Shown here one piece after another: positions 44,700 to 57,200 of a stretch of DNA of 64,000 bases (positions are counted from its first letter, which is position 1; the number at the start of each line of letters is the position of its first letter). This stretch comes from Octopus vulgaris (taxonomy: Eukaryota). Below the pieces are notes generated by a model. The model did not search any database. It saw only the letters and a list, made by a program, of their open reading frames with translations, and was not told where the DNA came from. Both the position numbers and the translations under genes were made by a program. Where the stretch lies: the NCBI GenBank assembly GCA_951406725.2, contig OX597817.1:101618001-101682000 (forward strand), written 5' to 3'.

Positions 44700-46150
44700 T
44701 GCGATCTTACCTTGAGTTTTGCAGTCGGTCAGTAATTGTTAGGGAATAAAGTATTTTCTGCCTCTGAAATAAAAGGCCAATTTTGCTAGTTACGTTAAGG
44801 ATATGCACCTGTCATGGCAGAGCGTAAGTGATAGTGCAGCCTAGCATTTGGACTGATCTCTATTACTTTAGATACGTGTGACTGCTGTCTAGAATGTGAG
44901 GCGTGGTTATTTTTCTTGATGTGAACTATCCTTGAAAGACACAAAACTATCATATCTCTACAGGCGGAGGCTTTCGAGGCCTCTGTTCAGGTTTGCTAAG
45001 TGTTGTCCAGGTTTCATATGAATGACGCTTAAGTAGAGAGGACGGTAACACGTGCGTAAGTGTGGGTGTTTTTGGCTAGAACAGCAAGATCATTGATATA
45101 AAGAAGGAAGAGTGTGAGGACAGAACTGAACTCGGGTACATCAGAGATAGAGAGCACTTTATCAGAAAAGGCTCTGCAATAGGAAACTATTGACCCAAGA
45201 GATAAGAGAAGAGGGTAGCTCACAGACAGGTAGTTTTTATAATTTTATAATTTAAGTTCAGGTCAGTAACCTTAATAATCTGAAGTAACCGGAGGTACTT
45301 TTGCGCATGGTACATATGTATTCAAACTATTGAATGCGCTTAGCATGAATATATTCAAAGTAATAAATCTGGTTTGATGGAAGTGGGTATTTTCGAAAAT
45401 ATTCACCGAATAGTGTGGAGCTGGTTGCAAAGCGATGGCGAAGATAGATGCTTTACGTACAGGAGTACTACTCACAAAACCGTCATAGTAGAGAAGTGGA
45501 AAGGAAAGAGCAAACTGAAAGTTTAATTGTAATGCTTTTGACGAGGAATCAGAAGGATCACTTGCAATTTGGGAGATGGGGGAGCTGAAAGACTGCATGA
45601 TATACGGAGGTATCTTTTGCGATTCGGAAACTGATTTTGCAAGAGTTAAGATCTTGGGTAAGCACCATTCAGTTTTAAAGGGTGCGTGAATTTCTCCGGA
45701 CGTTTGTCTTCAGTATGAGTTTTGAATAAACCATTCAAGTGATAACTATGAATAAACCATTCAAGGGATACAGGGCATGTAGTTTTTCCTGTGTGTGATG
45801 TGAAGAGACATGTCTGAGACGGTTCTTTCTGTCAAATGCCTGTTTTAGTCAAAGGCTTAATAGCTCGAAAATGTAGCACGTGCTGTCAGAGATTGCATAA
45901 AACTGACTGAGTTCCGCATAACTTGAAATATTAGAGGATTCATAGGGGAGGCCTTGTCATATACGTGGTTGTGTAGTCGTGGTAAGACAGTGATGAGAAC
46001 ACTCCATAGGTGCAGAGACTGTTATGGACTTGTAGACATTGGGTTCGGAGATGAAAAAGAGATCAAATGTGATTGGAGTGTCTGTGTGTCAGTCAAGGAT
46101 ACTTATAGGGAATAAAGCAAGTTGCTGTAAAGAGTTAGGGATGTATCAGT
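44700..46150 (-). mobile_element. Old Jockey/L2-group LINE remnant
   Basis: DVPEFSSVLTLFLLYINDL (decayed GVPQGSVL.P.LFLLYINDL) at 45029-45223. Confidence 0.65.
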
Positions 46151-46228
46151 GTTGAGTAAGTGTGAAAAGAAGGAAGATTAATAATAAACTTTGAGACAAA
46201 ACTGTATTATGTAATAATAAATATAGAA

Positions 46229-46234
46229 TTTATT
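46229..46234 (-). terminator. Candidate polyadenylation signal AATAAA of the VWA gene (second candidate at 46485-46490)
   Basis: Plus-strand tttatt about 510 nt downstream of the stop, just before a LINE remnant begins. Confidence 0.5.
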
Positions 46235-46742
46235 TCAATATATATAATAATTTCTTACATAGATATAAGTACAGATATTTATAATGGATGACAAATGAGA
46301 TTATGCGTTGTTTGTATCAAAATCGACGTTCATACATGTTGCGAACTCAGATTTCAGATAACTTACCTATCTTTCATAATGAAGCAAAATTCGTATACAT
46401 TTTTACATTATGGCTCGAAAAGACTTGGAAAAGAACTGCTGCCAGCAACAGATTAGGTGTCTTCGTAAAGAACAACCTAAAATTATTTATTTCAGTTAAT
46501 TAGAATTAATACATTTCCTGAAAGAAGTTAGTTTCTCTGCAATACTCGTCAGACAATGTCATAAAAAGGAATATAAGAAGAATGAATGATGACAAAAATG
46601 TATATGAAGATGTAGATGCAGGTGCCGATGAAGAAATCATGTTTTAAATATAAATTGTATATTTACATAAGCAATAATTTACTAAAATAATGTAAATGGA
46701 AGAAGTTCTCTTGACTGATCCTGCAGTCGTTACGAAACAAGA

Positions 46743-47293
46743 CTATAACCTATAGCCTTTACACATTTTTCTGTATTGGAAAGGTCGATATTCAGCTCTC
46801 TGTACTAATCGGTTGTAATTTGGTGCACTGTAAGTATACCTATGATACGGTTGACTGCTCAAAGAGCGCACAAGTAGTTTGTTTTGCCATTCTTTACGTC
46901 CGACGCTTATTAGAAATACTTTTGCCCCTTTCTGTTTAAGTTTTTCAGTTTCACTCACTACACCAGGTGTTATAACTGATACCATTGGATCAATAAATAA
47001 AACAGCAGTTTTAGTTTTGTTGATATTACTTTCTTTGTATAGTTCGTTTCCAATCTGGTGCACAACATCTGCCAATCCAGGAACATTTAATTTGATACTA
47101 TGGCCTATATCTGCGTCCGATTTATTTAACAATGATGTGATAGGAACATTGAAGCTTGTAGGACAATGGGCATAGGTAACAACTGCAAAGTTGCCATAAC
47201 CAGTGTGCGGAAGAAGGGTATTGATGAACCTCGTGACCATATTGGCTCGATAGGCTCCCATTGATAAAAGATCATATCCAAAAGATATAGCGC
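46743..47293 (-). CDS. Exon 5 (terminal): degenerate VWA domain 2
   Basis: Acceptor tttatttcag. Translation [48 protein letters not shown] follows VWA strand/helix order; stop TAG at 46745-46743. Confidence 0.88.
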
Positions 47294-49084
47294 CTGAAAT
47301 AAATTTAAAAAATAATTTTAGGAAATTAAGATACAGAGCATGATTAGTTTAGCGTCTTCTTCGTATTTAATTCAACTAAACAAAACACGTACTTAAAACA
47401 GTATTTTTTTTTCAATAAAATATGGAGGAAGAAAGTTGATTTTGTGCTAAAACTCAGAGGTTAGTAAATCGCTTACATTCTGTAATAATATTTTTTCCTA
47501 CATTCTTCATATTAATTTTTGGAATTTTACTTGAATGAGTAAAATATTCCAAATTAAAATCAGTAATTTAAAATCTAATGAAATGTAAATATTTAGCTCA
47601 CAGAATATCTATCTATTTTATCAATGCTTTTACACATAAAATAACATTCTAAAAATAAAAGAAATATTTCATTTGATAAAAAAAATATTTATATTTTTCT
47701 TTATAGTGTTACTGAATTATCTCCCTTTATCTTTCAACCACATGCATTTTTATGACGCGCTTTTTAACAATGTTGTAACTATAGGAATCTCTCTTCGTAA
47801 TTACAAGAAAATTATCAAAGGTTCTGATCAATATAAGCATTAGGTCTTATGCGCGCGCGCGTGTGTATAGAAATGTTGCTCCCCAATCACATGGTTTCGA
47901 GTTTAGTCCCATTGCATGTGGAACACTGGGCAAAGGTATTCTATGAAACCTGAGCGGACCACCAAAGCTTTGCTAAATGGAAACTGAAAGAAACCTGTCG
48001 TATATATGTGAATGTATGTGGGATGTAAAGTGTGGGGTATGGGGAATGTCGGGTATGGTGTGTGTGTGTGTATGTGTGTGAAAAGGGATCATAATTCCTC
48101 CCCATGGGCTCATAAGACCGCTTTCCTGGATTCGTGTGCGTATATATTTCCCCACTGGACGGGACGTTATCCGTCGTCTGTCGCAAGATTGTTCATTTTT
48201 ACCAGCTAAGTTTAAAGTGTTCGAGAGTAACGAGTAGTAAAAGGTACAATAAAGTGCTCAAAAACACAATGCATCCCTTTCTCCTGCAATTGGAACCATA
48301 ATCCTACGAGCAAGAGGACAACACCCTAACCAATAAATAAAGTGCCTACACACACACACACACACACACACATTGCTATTGTATTTTCTGTATAATATTT
48401 TGCCTTAAATTTTACCTGCATCCCTTGACATCCTCATACTGAACTCATTCCCATTGCCCCAAAATCACATCAATAAATGTCTATTGCTTTAATCCTTCAC
48501 ACTGCATTATTTCATCCCTAAATCAAATGCCTAACTATTTTCTAATTCCTAGATAGTAAATACACCTATATATTAATAATGTGCCCTCTCAAGTACAAAT
48601 TATTTACTAATTGTATATTTTTAGATTTTTCTCTTATAACATGTTGAAAATCAATTTTCAAGCATTGTCGATTATGCATTATGCCAACATTTTACATACC
48701 ATCTGGATAGCTTCGCAACGTTTTTTTCATTTATTATGGAATATTTGCAGTTTAAGTTGCGTCCCCTTGTATGTTTAGTAACTATTCGTTATGTAAAGCA
48801 TACTTTCACTTTTAATCTTTTTTTTATTTTTACGTGTTTCAGACTGTGGCCATGCTAGGGCACCGCATCGAAGAATTTTAGTCGAAACTACATCGGTTCT
48901 TAATTGATTTTTAAGGCTTGGTACTTATTCTACCAAAAACTTAGGCCGAACCGCTAAGTTACGGGGACATATACACACACTGGTTGTCATGCGCTGGTGG
49001 GAGACAAACACAGACACAAAGGCACACACACACACACACTCACACACACACACACACACAAACATACATACATACATACATACA

Positions 49085-49117
<33 letters not shown>

Positions 49118-50060
49118 TTACGACGGGCTTTTTTCGGGTTGCCCAAGATGTTACATAGTGGTTCTGAAGCACGAAACCATGTAGATGGGAAGTAAACTTC
49201 TTTTATTCATTAAATTTGCCATGTAGGTAGCACATAGATAAGGTAGCCTTGCGGGCTGGACATAGACATTGATGAGGCGAATGATTATGATCCAAAAATG
49301 ATAAAGATGGGAGAAGACAGAAGGCGCCCGCCGACCCTCTGCTTTTCTTCTTACCACACAGCCAAGTAAACTTCTTACCACACACCCAAGTCTAAAAATT
49401 TGAAATTTAACTTCATCTACTCTGTTTTTAGACTCTGTATTGGTTAGCGGCTTCATTTCTAATTCGAATTCTAACCCGAACTACTTTAAAACTTTCGTTA
49501 CATTCCTGTGTTGCTACCTTTATTTTTAATATATTTTCTTCAATTTTTTTTGCTGGGTTTTTGCTATTTTTATTTGTTCTACCATCTTTCTTACTATCTT
49601 ATTCACTTCTTAACATGGCTTCTAATGAGCTTCTTCCGAGATTCGAAACAGTGTTGCAAGTTGTAATCTTCAACTACAAAAATATATGATGCCTTTCCTT
49701 AAACAGATAGATCCCGTTATTTAAATTGTGTGTGTGTATGTGTATTTAAATTGTGTGTGTGCAGTGTATTGTTATGATGTGAGATCCTCGTTCACTTGTA
49801 TGTTATTGTCGGCACTGCAATATTCTTGTCGCCATTATTATGCTGTGGCAGTATTCCGCGTCGTATCATCCTTGACTCGTCTATCGTTCTATCGCTGATA
49901 GCTCCGCATGACAATGACTTTGAAACGTCTATCCTTACCGGTAACTCGAACTCGTATATATCACGTAACTGACACTGACTCCAACATGTTATTTTTGACA
50001 ATCTTTTTCTAAAAAAGTGAAACCGGTAAAGTAAATAAACATCTTTTAAAATTGCATTTT

Positions 50061-50117
<57 letters not shown>

Positions 50118-53100
50118 CGCAGGAGTGGCTGTGTGGTAAGTAGCTTGTCTACCAACCACATGGTTCCAGGTTCAGTTCCACTGCGTGGCATCTTGAGCAA
50201 GTGTCTTCTGCTATAGCCCCGGGTCGACCAATGCCTTGTGAGTGGATTTGGTAGACGGAAACTGAAAGAAGCCTGTTGTATATATGTATATGTGTGTGTG
50301 TGTATGTGTTTGTGTGTCTGTGTTTGTCCCCCTAGCATTGCAATCTGAGTTCGCAACATGTATAAACGTCGATTTTGATACAAACAACGCATAATCTCAT
50401 TTGTCATCCATTATAAATATCTGTACTTATATCTATGTTAGAAATTATTATATATATATTGAAATAAATTCTATATTTATTATGCTGGTGTGTTTACGTC
50501 CCCGTCACTTAGCGGTTCGGCAAAAAGAGACCGATAGAATAAGTACTGGGCTTACAAAGAATAAGTCCCGGGGTCGATTTGCTCGACTAAAGGCGGTGCT
50601 CCAGCATGGCCGCAGTCAAATGACTGAAACAAGTAAAAGAGTAAAAGAGTATATAATTATAACAATAAGAGTTTTGGAACAAGTTGCTTAACCACATACC
50701 GAAAATTTTAGAAATAGCAGCCAAAGGACTACTATTTCCTTTTTCTACAAAAATATGTCTCCACAGACAACAATATTTGCAAATCACATATGGCAAAAAG
50801 AAAGAAGAAAAATAATGAAATCAGTCTTCGGTTAATTATAGACGTACGTTTCTGGATTAGAATCATAAGATTCATTTCCTTCATCGACATAATATTCAGA
50901 TAAATAAATCTAGATATGCTAGGTAAACTTACCCCTTATATTTCCGACCAAGCGTCATCGGAACATATAAAAGCTAATCAGCATATCCACATTTATATAG
51001 ACAAGTGAATTCGTATTTCCCTCCAAAATTTTTTTCTACCATGTATATGTATGTATATTCCTTAATTCTAATTTTGCTATTGCAATGCATGTTCATTGTC
51101 CACCCATGCATAAATTACATGGTTTCTAATTAAAGGCCTTCTACATTGCCACAAAGGAAAGGTGAAAGGTACTCAGTATACGATTACTAATTCATTAAAC
51201 TTAGAAGTGACAGAAGGGAGAGAAACTAAATTCTACAGGAAATTTAATCCAGTGTCTTAATGTATGTCACTCCATCTCACTCCACTGAGATAATAACAGT
51301 GATAGATTCTTCAATATTAAGCATGTTGTATGGTTAAGGAGCTCCCTTTGCAAACACATAGTTTCGGGTTCAATCTCACAATACGGCACCTTGAACGAGT
51401 GTGCTCTACAACAGCCTTGTAAATGAATTTGGTAGATGGAAACAGCGTGGAAAACGAACATACATATACACGTATAAGAATGTGTGTTGAGTGCGCTTAT
51501 GTGCTTGTGTTTGATTTCCACCACTGATTTACAACCGGTGTTGGTTTGTTTACGTCCCCGTTACTTAGCGCTTCGGCAAAACAGAACTGACAGAATAAGT
51601 ACCAGAATTAAAAATAAATACTAGAGTCAATTTATTCGACTAAACCCTGGAACAAGTAAAATTCAAAAGATAAAAGATGGTGTTCTTTCTAGAAGGAATA
51701 TCACTAGAGAGAAAAAGCAACATAAATTCATAACTTCAGTTTATGTTTTCTTTGTGAAGAGGTTTTCAAACTGTGTGTTGTGTGCTTTTAATGTGGGATC
51801 TTTTCCTTTTGATTGGCAGGTCAATAATTTTTTTTTTTTTTAGCTAAAAACTTTCAAACTTCGGATATTGGTAGAATGTGTCATATAGAACATCTTTTAC
51901 TCTTAGCGTTGTATTTCGGTAATTTCAACCAATCAATGACGTCTATTGAGCTGAATAAAGTTACTGCTGTTGTTTGTCAACAACAACTTCCGGCGGTGTA
52001 TATTTCGTTTGTCACTGTTATTCATGACACATTTCATCTCAGTTACGTTCGTATGATTAAACGAGTGTATCTGAAACACGTTTAGTTCATGGCACCACCA
52101 CAATCGTTCGTACATTTCTACTGCTTTTAGCTCTTCTTTCCTGTTTTTCAGCTACTATTTTCGGAAAGACCTCCTCCCGTCCGCCCGCACCACCACAACC
52201 ACCATTTTCTCGCAAATTATTGTTTTCTTAAATTTTTTTTTTTTTTTTTTTTTGCCAAAAACCCAGCTTTTCGGATACGGAGATTCCGGAAAATTGCCAA
52301 AAATCGGAATTTTGAAATTTTTTGCCCACCCCTTTACCCCTCCCAATTTCTCCATTTTTCACTTTTTTCCGTAACCCTAACCCTAACCCTAACCCGAAAA
52401 CCCTAACCCTAACCCGAAAACCCTAACCCTAGCCCTAAAAGCTTAACCCTAACCCTAAAACCCTAACCTTAACCCTAAAACCCTAACCCTAAAACACTAA
52501 CTCTAAAACCCTAAAGCTAAAACCAGTACAAACACACGAACGATATCATAACAGTGACAAACGAAATATACAGCGCCGATAGTTATTGTTGACAAACAAG
52601 AGTAATAATTTTATTCAGCTGAATACACATCATTGATTGGTTGAAATTACCGAAATACGACAACTTTAACACGAAATAACTTCGAAAATACAAACTTTTC
52701 TCAACAACGCTAAGAGTAAAAGATGTTCTATTTAACACATTCTACCAGTATCCGAAGTTTGAAGGTGCTTAGTTTAAAAACATTAATTTATCGACCTGCC
52801 GATCAAAAGGCAAAGATCCTTAATGTGTTACAGATTGTCTCTATGTGTGTTGCAAAACTAAGTCAAATCTGTCCGAATTTCATGAATATAGGACTGTGAA
52901 GTATATTTTCATAGCAGACGACTCTGTGAATATTTTGAGACACGTGACTTGTGAGAGGCGACGTAAAAAGCTATATTTTAAAAAAGTATATTGGTTTCAA
53001 ATGTTGGCCTTAAGGCAAGTAATTTTGGGCTAGGAAATAAGTCGATTACATCGACCCAAGTACCCAACTGTTACTTATTTTATCGACATAGAAAGGCTGA

Positions 53101-54162
53101 AAGGCAAAGTCGACCCAAGCGGCATTTGAACTCAGAACGTAAAGACGGACGAAACACCACTAAGCATTTTGTCGGGAGCAGTAATGCTTCTACCCCCTCC
53201 CTGCCTTACTTTAAAAAGTTGAGCTAATGTAGAATGTCTGGAAAGCTCTGTAGTTCTTTATGGAGGTAGTGCTTTAAAGTGAGCTACTTACTCTGGTCGT
53301 CTCTTTGCAGACGTGGAATTTTTGTTGTCGTTGGTTTTGGTGTAGTAGTCGTTGGTTTCGGAGTAGTAGTAGTCGTTGTTGGTTTTGGAGTAGTAGTAGT
53401 CGTTGTTGGTTTTGGAGTAGTAGTAGTTGTTGTTGGTTTTGGAGTCGTAGTTGTTGTCGGTTTCGGAGTCGTAGGCGTTGTTGTCGGTTTCGGAGTCGTA
53501 GTTGTTGTAGTTGGTGGCGGAGTTGTAATATCTGTAAACAATAGGTAAACGATAAAAAATATAGTTTGTAAGCCAAAGAAACATAAAAGAGCGTTGACCG
53601 CTATATTTTATTTTAAAAATTAATAACACTTAACCTATTAAAAATTAAACATTTTCATTGACAATGAAAAGTGATACAAGCACCAAGAATGATGAGTGAC
53701 AGTTTTCTCAGCAGCATTATTGACGTAAATTATGTAAATTTGATACAATGAAAAATCAAGAAAAAACAACTTGGTGAATAACAGAGTATTGAGAACTGTA
53801 TTACTCTTATTTATTTTTTCTCACGAAAACATTTCATTTCAGCAATAAAATGTTTTGATTAGAGAATATTTAGATATGTATTACTGAAAGTCAATGTCTG
53901 GATATTATTCATTCTTTTATTCCTTTTCGTTTTTCATTTGTTTCAGTCTTTGAACTGCGGCCATGTTGAAACACCCTCTTCAAATATATTTTAGTCGGTC
54001 GTATCAACCCCAGGACTTACTTTTTAAATCTGGTAGTAGTGATTCTATCGGTCTATTTTGCCGAAACTCTAAATTATAAGGAGGTAAACAAGCCAACAAA
54101 GACACACATTCATGCATATATACATACGTACATCATACATATAAATGTGTGTGTGTGTGTGC

Positions 54163-54228
<66 letters not shown>

Positions 54229-57200
54229 GTACGGCGGGTTTCCGTCTCTCAAATTCACTCACAAGCCATTGGTCGACCAGGGACTATAGTTGAAGATACT
54301 TACCCAAGGGATCCGGTACTGAGACTGAACTCGAAAGCATGTGGTTGCAAAGTGAGCTTCATAACTACACAGCCGTGCCTAGCATATATTTAATAAGTTT
54401 CGTGGGTGCGTAGGACACATCCATCTCATCAGATGTTAAGACAGTCTTCCGTACAATTTCTATCTATAAAATCCTACTAACTGATTTTGGTCGACTGTTC
54501 CAAGTTTACAGTAAACGACACTTATGAAAGGTACTGCATGTGGGACCCAACAGCCCTTTATTACTAGGTAAAGTGGCAAATGCTTTAGCCTCAGAGTTAT
54601 GCTGCTACAATGCTTTCAGGTATGTTGTTTGTGATTTCTAAACTTACTTTAGCATAAATATATTTGAATTGAGAGAGAAAAGACGAGAACAAATGCAAAA
54701 AAGGGAAATAGAGAAACAAATTGGAAGTTAGCGAGAAAGAATGTTAGTAACAGGAGAGAGAAGAAAAGAAGAATCGGGGATGGGGGAAAGAGACAATGAT
54801 AAGCAGGGATATAGGCAGAGTAGTTTGAAGTTTCAAGAATTATGTTTGTGTAACTCACCTTCACATGTTTTTACACCAAAATGTTTTGCAATATTCTCCA
54901 ATGCTGAGTAACTTGACACTAACTGGATATTTCTGACAGGATCACTGGCGATGGACTTCAGCTCCTTTAAGTCATAATAGTAACCGACACCAATAGCATA
55001 AATATGTACACCGAGTTTATGAAGCAAACTGGCTTCGTATCGAGTAGACCAGCTATCACGTGATTTCCCATCTGTGATGACTATTACCATAAATGGAGCT
55101 GTGAAGACTTTCATCTTTGGTTCAATTTCCGTTCTTAGGAGATGCAGAGCATCTGCCGTGTTAGTTTCTCCGGTTCTATAAGGGATTTTTAGAATAGCAT
55201 TCTGTAATTTCTTTTTGCTCGCATATCTTCCCAAAGGTATATCTAAATGAGCCGTACGACTAAAGGTTATAGCACCAACACGTACATGAGAGTTGGTTTG
55301 ACCGATATCGAAATTGTCGACCAAATCACGGGCAAATTGTAGCTGTTTTTTATAATCTTCTATCCAAATACTACTGGAAGAATCCATTACAAGCATAATA
55401 TTTACTGCTTTTCCTTTGCAACCTATTTTGAAAAGTGAATAAATAAAGAATTTATGAATATAACAATTATTCTTTTACTGATTCTAATCAATTCGATTAT
55501 AATAAAATAATATACTACGTTAAGTTATATTAAATATTCCTTTCTACTGAAGGCACAAGACCTTAAGTTACAGTAAATATTGAAGCGAGTAATAGTAGAG
55601 CAATAGAAAATAATTGTAAAGTTTCAATTCTCCAAGTTTTAATAATCGGCAAGTAACTGTAAGATGCTAAATATTATTCAACCGTCTGCATTGCCTTCTT
55701 TCTAATATTGACTAAATGCTTAATAAAGGGACCATGGGTAAGTTTCTTAGGGTTCTTAAAAGAAAAATCCTTCTATATTTCAATATTTATGTAACTGTAA
55801 ACTATTGAAGTATGTTAAATATTCGAGTTTTTTACCATAATTCGACAATATTGCATGTTTTATATAATGGCACAATGACAGTTTATTTTGGCACCCAACA
55901 AGCAGTTTTGATCTCACCTCGAAAGAATAGATCTCTGATATGTGAATTTATTGAGAGAATGAGCTTTTCAGGTGTATGTGCTTTCATCTACGTTGGGCAT
56001 AATGTGTAATGTACTGCATGTAAAATGAACTGCCGCTTAGAAACATAGCGTATGATAAGCTAACGCTCGCACCATATATACGTGGATATTCTAAGCTGTT
56101 CTGTAAACAAATTTCGAAGTGTCAACTTGTTCCTTGGATATTAATGAAAAGAAAATATAGCGATAATTTGTAACCGGAGGAAGTAACTACTGAAAGTTAG
56201 AATTCCCCAACCAGAGGAACTTAGAAGTTACGAGGTGTTACTGCTGCAGTGATAGAAGACGTTCGCTTCTTAATCAAACAAGTCGGGAAAATAAGGTTGT
56301 TGTTTGGTCCCTAACTCGGTCCTGATAGAACAAACTAATTATCAGAAATGTCTCGGTAGCAACCATTTGATCTAGGACCACTTTAACCAAAGTCTCCGTC
56401 GCTTTTTCTTTTTATAAAATTTGGGCATTATTCCTATCTGGTACTTTAACCGCGTAGAGATACTCAGTTGGCTGAGTGTAAAGAATCTGCGAATGTAGCA
56501 AATATTACAAAGCTAGTAAAACACATAGCGAACTCCAGAAGACTGGTATAGATGTATTCAGTACGCCTGAGAGCGGATTTTATTATGAAAACCAGATTGA
56601 TAAGGTATATGAAAAAATTGGAAAAATAGAACTCAAAATATGAGTTTATGTATACTTTTATGAATATTTAGGAGAATCAACTGCGTGACTCAAGGGCCGA
56701 AAGTTTCGTGCGTTGATAAGTGCCAACGTACAAAACTCTCGGCCTTTGAGTCACTTTGTTGCTTCTGTTATATATATATATATATATATATAGTAAAGAA
56801 AAAAGCGTTTTTGAGACATAATTTGATGGATGTTTCAAAGATAAAATTATAAAATAGTTCAAGTGCGAATGATCCTGAAGTGACACGATTCGAAATTTCT
56901 TTCAACATTGTTACATTTTACAACAGTTGACAAATGATTCTTACAATATTAACTTACACAATAGGCGGATTCATGTGAATCATAATTTAACCATACGATG
57001 CTACATTGCTATACTTGATATATGTAGATATGGCTAGCCATTATATCTTATGTGTACATATATGGTTCGCATACATTTGTGTATATTTGTGAGTATTTCC
57101 CACGTAGGCAGGGGAATTTCTAACCTATATCAATGAAATTAAATGCTAGATAAAGGAACCATTATATCTTATGTATGTGTATATTTGTAAGTAGGCAGGG

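Noticed and set aside
49620-49665. Hammerhead-like ctaatgag..cgaaac on the plus strand
   Set aside because: The core is mutated and the stems are not convincingly paired.
52372-52524. True telomere or chromosome fusion scar
   Set aside because: Short, degenerate, single orientation and enclosed by TIRs with a TSD.
53274-53629. Alternative-frame and antisense ORFs over exon 4 (Gln-rich, Asn/Tyr-rich, Val/Gly-rich)
   Set aside because: Only the Thr/Pro frame is phase-compatible with exons 3 and 5.
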